From Squalus acanthias (Eukaryota), in NCBI GenBank assembly GCA_030390025.1, contig CM059431.1:96226001-96290000 (forward strand): a stretch of DNA of 64,000 nucleotides, read 5' to 3'. Positions 11,379 to 22,460 of the stretch are shown here, in pieces. A program made the translations under genes and the position numbers. The notes beneath the pieces are model-generated. The model was not told the DNA's origin. It ran no database searches and worked only from the letters and a program-made list of their open reading frames with translations. Every line of letters starts with the position of its first letter. Position 1 is the stretch's first letter.

Positions 11379-11738
11379 CAGCACTAACAAATTAATTGAG
11401 CACACCGAAAGAGAAGATCCAAACCAATGTAAAGGAAACCCCAGAGGGGTGAGATCAGGAAAGATAGAAGAAACAGAGGATACCCCAGGCGGGGTAGAAT
11501 TGGAACACTGGAACAGTGAACTGAACCTGTGTGAAGGGTTAGAGGTTGCTCCTCCCCCTCAAAAGAATGGATTGTAAGGAAGGGGGAAATCTTCATTTCT
11601 GAATCTCCCTATTAACCACTGCCCAAGTTGAGAAAGCAATAAGCAAATTAGGGGACTACAAGTGGTGGGAAGTAGCTTCTACTGCCAGCCAGCATCCTTG
11701 GGCATGAATGGTATCAGCGGGCCGATAACTTCCTTCTC

Positions 11739-11749
11739 AAGGTGGGGAA
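11739..11749 (+). promoter_or_regulatory. Polypurine tract
   Basis: AAGGTGGGGAA, 1 nt before the 3' LTR. Confidence 0.75.
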
Positions 11750-11750
11750 T

Positions 11751-12230
11751 TGTAAGAAATCATGAATTGTAAGAAATAACTTGAGCCAAAAAAGTCTCTT
11801 CAGACTGGTGATAGAATAACTGGATAGACGCTTCGAATTTGCTTATGTTCTTGGTTCTCCGCGATGTTATAACATTCTGCACCGTGGCGGTGACCTTGTT
11901 TCCAGACTAGCTGCCTGCTGTTTGTGTGTTAGAAAGGTTGTTGACTGTATCTTTGATAATCTACCCTCGGCCCACCCCTAAAAAGAGAGTAAAAGAGATA
12001 TCTAAAGCGCTTTTAGTACAGACGGTGAAGGGAAGGGAAGAGCTGTTTGTGCACGCCAGCCGTCTATCCGATCGGGACCGTCACCAGCTGCTTGTCACGG
12101 TCGTATGTCTACTATGTCTATCTTGATTGCATGTTGTACTTAACTTAAACTGTCGCTCCTTAATAAAATGCCTTACTACTCCTCAGATCCTTTGGGTAAT
12201 GTGTCTGTGACCTGTGATCCAAATCTTACA
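11751..12230 (+). repeat. 3' LTR (480 bp)
   Basis: Matches 6405-6885; AATAAA at 12162-12167; followed by GTAC. Confidence 0.97.
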
Positions 12231-12493
12231 GTACGTTTTGAAAGGATTTTTAAAAAAAATTCTAACAAACTCAATACTGTACCCCAATCTAACTAGTTCT
12301 GTATATTTAAAAAATAAGTAATTTCTGTAATTTAAAATCAGGTTACACACAGGTGGCGTATTGACACTGTGATTTAAAATGCTTATTTTTTGTGATAAAT
12401 CAATTTTCAGCTGTATTAATCAAACTTTACCAAGTTATCACTGTTAAATACATCAAGGAATATTTTTTAAAGCAATTTTCTAAAAAAAACATA

Positions 12494-13231
12494 GGCCCAG
12501 ATATTCCGATCGCAGGCCTCCCGCAGGCGGAAGACTGCGATCTGGAAAAATCTGCGCCAAGACCGGAGGGCTCCCGGGAGGCACACAATTCCGATGCTGG
12601 GCCTCTTCAAACTGCCGGTGTGCAGGGCCCACGTATCCCAGGGGCGCAGGTAGTTCGCAGCGTCCCTGGGATCACATGGGCCGTGGGGAGCCAATCAAAG
12701 AAGGGAATCTCCCTTCATACATTTGACAGGAAGACCTGTCAAATATATGAATGGAGATCACCCCCAAAACATAGTAAAACTTTAAATAAATTTTAAAAAA
12801 AAATCACATTTTTAAAATGACTTGAAAGTACAAATAAATTAACTATTTTAAACAAAACCTTAAATTTTTGAAAAAAATAAAGTTTTTTATGGGGCTAAAA
12901 ATAAACTTACCTTTTTTTAAAGTATTTTTAAATGATAAATCAGTGGAAATTTTTTTTTTAACCTTTTTCAACTCTTATCCTGGTAAAAGCAGGCCTTACG
13001 CTGTTTTTAACTGGCGCAAGAATTGTAAGGGTTTTCTGTGGGCGGAGGGTCTCCAAAAAGCGGAACTATCCGCCTGCAGAGGCCCTTCTCCAGTGCAGCC
13101 GGAGCATCTGTCAAGAGCTTTCTTGACAGATCGGAAATGCAGGTTTCCAGCGCCTGAAACCGGCATTTCCGATGTCCCTACGGGTGGGTACACAGCGCGT
13201 ACCCACCCGTAGGGATCGGAATATCCGGCCC
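12494..13231. mobile_element. Harbinger-type MITE
   Basis: TIRs GGCCCAGATATTCCGATC / GATCGGAATATCCGGCCC; GC-rich arms around an AT-rich core; TSD imperfect (ATA/AAT). Confidence 0.75.
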
Positions 13232-14857
13232 AATAATGTTTTAAAACACTGCCCCTTTGCACTGGTTCATGGCAGATTGTGTGTTCGGCAAAATGCAAAT
13301 AAGCTTGAGCAGAAACTCGGCGGGGGGGGGGGAGCTTTACAAAACGGGTGCAATTTTGGGCGCAATTTGCGCCGGAATCACCGATTGCAGCCAAAGCGGA
13401 AACTCTACCCCCTTGTGTGGACCTCAATCTGTACCCTGCCAATCAGACCCAGGAGATAGCATTCTCACACAATCTCTCTCCGTCTAGTCATAGTAGCTAC
13501 TGAGTTCTCAAGAACGGTCCACACCTGAAATGCTTGCCTTCTCTTTACAGATGCTGACGGAGAAGCTGTGTATTTCCAGCATGTTCCGTTTCTATTTTAA
13601 TAGCATCCGAGAGATGGAATTAGGACTGCACCGTGGGCAAATTCTTCGACTGCATACTTCCGGCGCAGACCTTCACCTGCTGGGAGTGCGTATTGGGGAA
13701 ACTACGCGTACAGTCAATGATTTTCTGCTAACGACGGGTCAAGACAAACACAATCGGAAAACTCATCCTCTGATGTTTGAGATATTTGGTTACCTTCAGA
13801 GCTCTTATTAATAGCTATTTAAATACTACATTATAAACTATTTTTGGCCCAGCAGAACAAAGGTTATGTTTAAAGTGAAAAGTATTTCAACTTTCCGAAC
13901 ATTCAAGCGATCTTTAGGAAAAACATGAGCAGTTCTGATTGGGGATAGGCCAGCTTATCATAAGGATTTATATTCTGTTTAAATTCTGTTTAAAAGAAGC
14001 AGGTCCTTTTATCAATGAGTAGATATTATCCCTCTCTTATAAGGGCAGCTATTTTCTGGACAACCAGCTAAAGGATCAAAGACTGCAATGGAATTAGGAC
14101 TGCACCAAGTGGGCAAATTTTCAAATCCTTATTGCCAGTAACACCAGTATAGATTTGGCAAATGGAACCCAGAATATCAGCAAAGCCTACAGTCCATTTT
14201 TCATCCAATGTGCTCAAACCACAAGACACATCTGTGTAGCAGTGGTCGCACACAGAATGTGTGTCAGTTTCATTAAGGACCCCAAAAATGTAAAAATGAA
14301 TGTAAATGGACTAAAGGCGCAAATTACCGGGTTTCCCGCCATGAATGATTGAGCCATGGCTGGTGCTAGGGAGGCACATTGTGTAGCCTTTGAGAGCATG
14401 TGAGCTTAAAAGATGTGTTGGTATTGCAGTTGCAGCATTGCATCTTGGGTTAGTGCTTTCTACATTATTTTTATTGCACTTGTTTTTTGCATTTTTTCCT
14501 GCATTTCTACTCTGGGTTTCTTGTTCTTTCAGTTGTTACATAGATCTGAGGAGGGATGAAAAACAGGTCGGGTTACAGGAGAGGCAGACTGCTCTTACCT
14601 ACCATCACCCAAGGAGCTATGTCTACAGACCATGTCGAGCTGGCTATGCGCTGTACAAGGAGGCAGTCACAGAGTTATACCATATTTTCCTGCAGACGAG
14701 ATCAATGACTGAGACAAATCTGCCGGTGGCTGTGAAGGTAACTCTTGCTACTAGGTCATTGAAAGCCACTTCAGGAGAGGCACCCCAAATCAGATGCAGC
14801 ATAACATGTGTTGGTAGTTTATTGGTTAGGGTACTGGACTAGCTGCCTAGAGATCAT

Positions 14858-16536
14858 GGCTGGAATTTTGCCGGCACTCAGTGGACGGGATGGGTGGCAG
14901 ATCAGCTGTTAAATAGAAAATGATTGACAGCAGGTCGGGAACCCGCTGTCAAAATGAGCACACTGGACTTTCCCGATGTTGGTTCTGCCAGCGCTAAGCA
15001 GACAGGCAGCAGCGGGGGAGGCAAATAAAATCATTAGTGGCTTGTTTACAGCCATTTAACAATGCTTTTTCCCTAGCTTTTTCAATCTGACAGGTCGCCC
15101 ACCAGTTTCCCGCTGTGCCTAGACCTCGTCTGTGAAGCTGAGTCGGGAGGTTACCTGCCATTGTTTCAGCTGATGAGTTGACAGCTTCAAATGTCAAGTC
15201 AATGCTCCCAGGTGATTGAGAAATGTTCCCTTAGTCACGAGCTTCTCTAAACTACATTTCCACTACAGATTCAGAATGCTCCAAGTCTTTACACAAGTCT
15301 CCATCCAGTCTGACCTCATTACCCTACCCACCATTGACAGATCGCTTCTGTCATCTCTACTTCACCTGCCATCTATTCCATCAGCATCGGTGCACTTTAT
15401 ACTCTCTCACCTTGGTCCGCAGAATCCCACCACGCTCAGCCCAAAAATCAGCATCACCAGGCACACCAGCAGTACCAACAACAACACCAACCTTCTCCGC
15501 AATCAACTGATGCTGCACAGGACACAGGGCATCAGCACCCGACCACATTGCTGCCAGGGATGTCCTCACCACAGCCAGATTTACTTCACTTGATGCTGTT
15601 TGCCCTGGCTGCCACATGATGCGCCAGATTGGCACCACCCCACACCAACACCATAAAGCATCTCTACAGTGCCCAAGCCATTCCTTTCACACTCATCACC
15701 ATTGCGGGGGGTACCGTTATGTCTCGCCATTCACTGAATCTCACTAAGCCACTTCCAAAGGTGCACACAAATCTGTCCAAGAACACAAAATGTTGAAAAT
15801 AAAGGTTTCAATGTTTGACAGACAGCACATTAACAAAAACTTCACATGAACATTGGCTAAAACACACAAGTCCCTACCCTTGTGTGTTGTTAGTTGGTAT
15901 GATTGGACTAGAATGAGGGTGAGTATGAGGGGTGGCTAGTGAGATGGAGAAGTGATAATGTAGATAGAGAGGGATGGGTGGAGGTGCAAGGTAAGTTGGT
16001 GTGAGTAAGGATGTGCAAGAGTAGGGTAGGGAAGGCAGAGTGATGCAGATGTGATGAGTGGTACAGCAGGATGAGGTTGAGTGTGGCTTTGCAGTAATAT
16101 TTTGTAATCTATTAAGATCATTGAAAGGTTTGCGCCACTGCAGCCTGGTCCTCCTGACGACATACCTGCTTGTGCCCTCCTGTGCAATGTGCAACCAGGC
16201 TGCGCTGGTCTCCTGGGGAGGTCTCTTCTACCCATTGGAAGGGAAGAGAACCTCCCTGCGTGCTGTGACTCCTTTGTGCAGTGTTTGTCAGTGTTTGCAA
16301 CACCTCAATGCTGCAGAACACTGACAGCACAAATGGCGAAGTAAATTTGCACATGGTCCCTTTAAGGAAACCAGCTGATGACGCATCATCAAATGATGTC
16401 ATCAGACCCGCATCCTTCAATTGGCCGGGAAACTCGCTGGGCGGGCTTAGCAAGCCCCATCAACGGAAAGTTATTTCAGAGGCCGGGATGCGACAGGAGC
16501 GGGCCGGGACCCGCCGAGGTAGGGAAAATCGCGGCC
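14858..16536 (-). mobile_element. Non-autonomous Harbinger element with a Myb/SANT-like ORF remnant
   Basis: TSD CAT on both sides; termini GGCTGGAATTTT / AAAATCGCGGCC; minus strand 16115-16300 reads ARREVLFP..AAWLHIAQE..VRRTRLQWRKPFNDL. Confidence 0.8.
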
Positions 16537-16759
16537 CATGAGTTTAAATGCCACTATGACAAATTGTGAAACCAAATTCCATAAATCTGGTCATTTGTGG
16601 GCTGGCACCAGGAAAGATGACCATGAAAGCTGCTGGATTGTCTTAAAACCCCAAATGGTTACCCAATGTCCTACAGGGAACCTGTTACCCTGGCCTACAA
16701 GTGATTCCAATCCCACACTATGTGGTTGAGACAATTCCCTCTGAAATGGCCAACCACTT

Positions 16760-17045
16760 TAGTGCAGTACTGAAAGTGCTGCACTGTCAAAGGTGTCATC
16801 TTTCAGATGCAACGTTATACCAAGGCCCTGTCTGCCATCTCAGGTGGACGTAAAAGATCCCATGGTACTATTCGAAGAAGAAGAAGTTCACCTGGCCATT
16901 ATCTATCCCTTAACAAATCACTAAAACAGATTATCTGGTCATTTGTCTCATTGCTGTTTGTGGGATCTTGCTGTGAGCAATTGGCTGCTGTATTTCCCTA
17001 CATTAGTGGCTACACTTCAAAAGTACTTCATGTGCTTTCTTATTC
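16760..17045 (+). mobile_element. Deu-domain SINE core fragment
   Basis: AGTGCAGTACTGAAAGTGCTGCACTGTCAAAGGTGTCATCTTTCAGATG core. Confidence 0.7.
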
Positions 17046-18656
17046 AATTGTAAAAGGAATCATCAGAGAACACCTAGGAATGGACAATAAATATGGTCTT
17101 GCCAACATTACTTGCATCCTGAAAATGAATGAATAAAGGAAATCAGCAGTGTACCAAAGCATACACCACAAGACGTTAGTATTGCACCCCAGGGCAAATT
17201 TCTTCACAACTTTCCCCCCAAAGTCACCAGCAGCGTACAAGGGCATCTTTTCAATGTAGTGGGCTTGCCCAAAGTGCAGGGCATTATAGTTGGCACATGT
17301 GTGGCTATCAAAGCCCTACCTCCCATTCAATGGCCTTTGTGAACCCCACGGCCATCATGAACAGAAAGGGGTACCATTCCATTGATGTGCAAGCGATCTG
17401 TGACCAAATGTGCAGAAACATTCAGTGAACAACTGCTACCTTCCAGCAGTCATGACGTCTTCATTTTATGGCAATCCACTAATCCCACATTACATGAAGG
17501 AGGCAGACTGGATGGATTGATCTGTGGCGATCAAGGATACCCTCTTCAGCCCTGGTTCCTGACTCGTGTTGCGATAGCCACGAACAAGAGATGAACAGCA
17601 ATATAATAAGATTACATGTGGTAACACCCTGCACTTTGGGGAATCTGGCACTTGGAAAAACAGCAATGCCTCCTCATGCACGACTACACAAATGAGGACA
17701 CTGGACACTTCCACAATTGCTACCAAACCTTGCAGGAGACACTTTGCACTCTCAGTTACTCAGGTAGCAGTATCTTTTTATATGCAGGCTTCCCGAGATG
17801 CGGGGTGTGGCCTATTAGGGACAAAGAAGGTGATATATGCTTAGAGGCGCAGGGCAAGGCTAGAATACTCAATGAATACTTTGTATCAGTGTTTACTAAG
17901 GAGGTGGATGCTGACAAAATATCGGTTGAAGTGGAAAAGGTAGAAGCAATGGAAGGGGTGAAAATTGACAGACAGGATGTACTAGAAAGACTGGCTATGC
18001 TTAGAGTGGATAAGTTGCCAGGTCCAGATGACTTGTATCCCAGGTTGCTAAGGGAATTGGGGGAGGAGATAGCAGAAGGGCTTGCCATAATTTTCCAATC
18101 TTCCCTAGATGCGGGGGAGGTGCCTGAGGATTGGAAAGTGGCAAATGTGACACCATTATTCAAGAAAGGGTGTAAGGACAATCCTAGTAACTACAGACCG
18201 GTTAGTTTAACATCAGTGGTGAGTGAGCAGACCTGCGGGAGGAACGGAGTCGGAGACCGGGGATAAAGGCAGTGCGGAGCAGAGGCCTGGGAGTCTGAGC
18301 GAGCGGACTACCTGTGGGAGGAACGGAGTTGGAGACCGGGGATAAAGGCAGCGCAGAGCAGAGCACTGGGAGTCTGAGCGAGCGGACTACCTACGAGGAA
18401 GACAGTCGGCAAGCGACACAACGAAGGAGGGACGTCAGAATTCAAAGGTGTCGCTGGCACAAGGGAGCTGAGAGGTGAGTATAGGGTGATATTTGTGGTA
18501 ATTTTTTTTTGTTCTGCTTGTGTATATTTCTGCTAAGTAGATCATAGCCTATCTAAATAGAGGGAAGTGCCAATTGGTGGGTAGCTGTTGAGTGTTTCTT
18601 GTTAAGTTTTAAGTTTATTTCTGCTAAATTACCTCCATAGTCTGGTAAATAGAGGC

Positions 18657-19594
18657 ATGGCAGGGCAGCTCAGTCCCGTGATTTGCACATCCTGTGCCAT
18701 GTGGGATATCCTGGATGCTTCTTGCGGCCTGGACGACCATGTGTGCAGGAAGTGTCGCCAACTGCAGTAACTCGAGCTCCGGGTTTCGGAGCTTGAGCGG
18801 CAGCTGGAGTCACTGCAGTGCATCCACGAGGCTGAGAAATACTTGGAAAGCACATTTCTAGAAGTGGTCACACTGCAGCCTCAGAATGTGCAGGCAGAGA
18901 GGGAATGGGTGACCACCAGACAGAGAAGGAGGACCAGGCAGGTAGGACAGGAATCCCCAGAGTACATCTCGCTCGCTAACCGATTCACAGTTCTGGAAAC
19001 TGGTGGGGGTGATGGCTCCTCTGGGGAGAGCAGCCAGAGCCAAGGCCACGGCACCACGGGTGGCTCAGCTGTACAGTGGGGGAGGAAGAAGAGTGGATGA
19101 GCAATAGTGATAGGGGATTCATTGGTTAGAGGAACAAATAGGCTTTTCTGTGGACGCAGACATGACTCCAGGATGGTATGTTGCCTCCCTGGTGCCAGGG
19201 TCAAGGATGTCACTGAGCGGCTGCAGGACACTCTGAGGGGGGAGGGTGAACAGCCAGAGGTCGTTGTCCATATCGGTACCAACTACATAGGCAGAAAGAG
19301 GGATGAGGTCCTGTAGGTAGACTATAGGGAGTTAGGAGAGAGATTAAAAAGGTAGTAATCTCCAGATTACTCCCGGTGCCACGTGCCAGTGCGTACAGGA
19401 ATAGGAGGATAGAACAGATGAAGGCATGGCTGGAGAGATGGTGCAGGAGGGAGGGCTTTAGATTCCTGAGGCATTGGGACCATTTCTGGTGATGGTGGGA
19501 CCTGTACAAGCCGGACGGGTTACACCTCAACAGAGCCGGGACCAATATTCTCGCGGGGAGGTTTGCTAGTGCTGTTGCGCAGGGTTTAAACTAG
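18657..19594 (+). pseudogene. CR1 ORF1 (zinc finger/leucine zipper plus SGNH esterase-like domain)
   Basis: CTSCAMW..CRKC, IGDSLVRG, VCCLPGARVKDV, VVHIGTN, DGLHLN; internal stops. Confidence 0.88.
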
Positions 19595-19769
19595 CTTGGC
19601 AGGGGGATGGGCACCAGCATATAGGAGTAGAAAAGAGGAATAAGGTGCATAAAAGAGTGAGTGTGTTGGATAGTACTAGAGAAGAAAGTAGTACTAGAGG
19701 CGGAAGTAGTACCATATTAGATAGGTGCAGACTAAGAAAGACTACGAAAAATTCAAAAAAGGGTTTAGA

Positions 19770-22460
19770 ATGCATGTACGTAAACGCATAAAGTGTGGTG
19801 AATAAGGTTGGTGAGCTACAAGCACAATTAGCCATGTGGCAATATGATATATGATGTTTTGGCAATAACGGAAACATGGCTTAAAAATGGTGAGGGCTGG
19901 GCACTTAATATTCACGGGTACAAGGTGTTCAGAAAAGACAGGGAAGGAAAAAAGGGAGGTAGGGTGGCAGTGCTGATTAAGGAAGATATTGTCGTGTTGG
20001 AAAGGGAGAATGTTCTTGAGGGGACAAGGACAGAATCCATTTGGTTAGAGTTGAGGAGCAAAAAGGGTACGATCATGCTATTGGGGGTATTCTACAGGCC
20101 TCCAAATAGTGAGAGGGAGGTAGAGGAGCAAATCTGCAGGGTAATCGCAGAGATATTCAAGAGCTATAGAGTGGTGATATTGGGGGACTTTAATTACCCA
20201 AATATCGATTGGGATAATGCTAGGGTAAAGGGAAAGGAGGAGGAGGAATTTCTGAAATGTGTTCAGGAGAATTTCCTTGACCAATATGTTCTTGGCCCAA
20301 CTAGGAAGGAGGCATTGCTGAATCTGGTGCTGGGGAATGAGGTGGGCCAGGTCGACCAAGTGTCTGTGGGAGAACACTTGGGTACGAGTGATCATCGTAT
20401 CATAGGATTTAGATTAGCAATGGAGAGGAGCAAGGAACAATCTAGAGTGGAACTTCGAAACTGGAATAGGGCTAACTTCCAATGGAATGCAAAAGGATCT
20501 AGCCAGAGTAAAATGGAACCAAAGACTGACAGGAAAAACTGTAACAGAACAATGGGAGATCTTTAAGGAGGAGATGTTCCAAGTACAGGCTTGGTACATT
20601 CCAACAAAAGGGAAGGGTAAGGGAAACAAATCAAGGGCTCCTTGGAGGACGAGTGAGATAGAGAAGATGATGAAACAAAAAAAGAGGGTGTATGATGACT
20701 GTCAGGTGAATTCTTCAAGGGAGAACCAGACCAAATACAATAAGTTGAGAGGGGAAGTGAAAATGAAAATAAGATTGGCAAAGAGAGAATATGAGAGTAG
20801 AATGGCGGTTAGCATAAAAGGGAACCCAAAAATCTTCTACCGGCATGTAAACAGTAAGCGGGTAGTAAGAGGCGGGGTGGAGCCTATTTGGGACAAAGAA
20901 GGTGATATATGCTTAGAGGCGCAGGGCAAGGTTAGAATACTCAATGAGTACTTTGTATCGGTGTTTACTAAGGAGGTGGATGCTGACAAATTATCAATAG
21001 AAGTAGAAAAGGTAGAAGCACAGGAAGGGGTGAAAATTGATAGACAGGATGTACGAGAAAGGCTGGGTATGCTTAGAGTGGATAAGTCACCTGGTCCAGA
21101 TGGCTTGCATCCCAGATTGCTAAGGGAATTGGGGGAGGAGATAGCGGAAGGGCTTGCCATAATTTTCCAATCTTCCCTAGATGTGGGGGAGGTGCCTGAG
21201 GATTGGAAAGTGGCAAATGTTACACCATTGTTCAAGAAAGGGTGTAAGGACAATCCTAATGACTACAGGCCGGTCAGTTTAACATCAGTGGTGGGTAAAG
21301 TTTTAGAAACAATAATGAAGGAAAAAATTAACAGGCACTTGGAGAGGTTTAAACTAATTAAGGAGAGCCAACATGGATTCGTAAAAGGCACATCGTGTTT
21401 GACTTTTTTGATGAAGTAACAGGGAGGATCGATGAAGGGAATGCAATGGATATTGTCTACATGGATTTTCAGAAAGCATTTGACAAAGAACCACATAGAA
21501 GGCTAGTTAACAAAATTGAGGCTCATGGAATAGGTGGGTCAGTTGCAGCTTGGATAAGACATTGCCTTAAGGACAGAAAACAGCAAGTTGTGGTAAATGG
21601 CTGTTTTTCAGACGGGAGGATGGTAGACAGTGGTGTTCCCCAAGGGTCAGTGCTGGGGCCACTGCATTGTTTGATATATATAAATGACCTGGGGGTATGG
21701 CAAACAGTGATGATGATACCAATCGACTGCAACAGGACATAGAAAGGCTAGCAGAATGGGCAGACAAGTGGCAGATGGAATTTAATACAGAGAAGTGTGA
21801 GGTGATGCATTTTGGCAGAAGGAACAGGGAGAGGCAATATACACTTAATGGCGCAGTTTTAAAGAGTGTGCAGGGACAGAGGGAACTGGGAGTTAATGTG
21901 CATAGGTCCCTGAAGTTGGCGGGACATATTGAGAGAGTGGTTAGCAAAGCATATGGGATCTTGGGCTTCATAAATAGAGGTATTGAGTGCAAAAGTAGAG
22001 AATTTATGCAGAACATTTATAAAGCGCTGGCTAGGCCACAACTGGAATATTGCATCCAGTTCTGGTCACCAAACTTTAGGAAGGGTGTGAAGGCACTTGA
22101 GAGGGTGCAGAGGAGATTTACCAGAATGGTTCCGGGGATGGGGGATTTTAGCTACAAGTGCAGGTTGGAGAAGCTGTATTTGTTTTCATTAGAGCAAAGG
22201 AGGTTGAGGGGTGATTTGATAGAAGTGTACAAGATTATGACGGGTTTGGATTGGCTAGACGGGGAAAGGCTGTTCCCACTAGCTGATGGTACAAGGACTA
22301 GGGGGCACAGATTTAAGGTTTTGGGCAGGAGATACAGGAGGGATGTGAGGAAAAACTTTTTTACGCAGTTAGTGGTGAGGATCTGGAACTCGCTGCCGAC
22401 GAAGTGGTGGAAGCGGAGACACTCAATGTTTTCAAGGGGAGACTGGATAGGCACTTGAGG
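19770..22460 (+). pseudogene. CR1 ORF2 (AP endonuclease plus reverse transcriptase)
   Basis: [38 protein letters not shown]; several frameshifts. Confidence 0.9.

Larger units (their letters stand above)
6405..12230 (+). mobile_element. Endogenous LTR retrovirus, internally deleted (lokiretrovirus-like by inference)
   Basis: Two LTRs with TGTAAG...CTTACA ends, 4-bp TSD GTAC (6401-6404, 12231-12234), PBS, PPT, and gag-pro-RT and env remnants. Confidence 0.93.
5487..13412. mobile_element. Old non-autonomous PIF/Harbinger-like TIR element hosting nested insertions
   Basis: Imperfect ~50-bp inverted termini: GGGCCTAGAATTTCCG..CGGCGCAATTG versus the reverse complement of the right end GGGGGTAGAGTTTCCG..CGGCGCAAATTG. 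No clean TSD. Confidence 0.55.
14812..17136 (+). mobile_element. Old tRNA-head SINE (related to 60325-60730), split by a MITE and a Deu-SINE piece
   Basis: Head at 14812-14857 rejoins 16540 to give a B-box-like GAGTTTAAATGCCAC; body to ~16755; tail GGAATGGACAATAAAT..CTTGCCA..GAATGAATAAA at 17070-17136. Confidence 0.65.
14560..17730 (+). pseudogene. PIF/Harbinger (HARBI1-like) DDE transposase relic, interrupted at ~14812-17136
   Basis: KEAVTELYH..LPVAVKVT at 14650-14760; GLPKVQGIIVGTCVAIKA, NRKGYHSI, SSHDVFILWQS and GDQGYPLQPWFLT at 17250-17570. Confidence 0.8.

Noticed and set aside
11709..11717. Second PBS (TGGTATCAG, tRNA-iMet-like)
   Set aside because: Only 9 nt match and it lies before the 3' LTR rather than after a 5' LTR.
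6405..12230. Foamy virus or ERV-L assignment
   Set aside because: A CCHC knuckle and tRNA-Leu PBS argue against foamy virus; a 4-bp TSD, CCHC and env-like tail argue against ERV-L. Not formally excluded without a phylogeny.
14560..17730. Domesticated host HARBI1/NAIF1 genes
   Set aside because: Multiple frameshifts, deletions and nested insertions indicate dead transposon copies.
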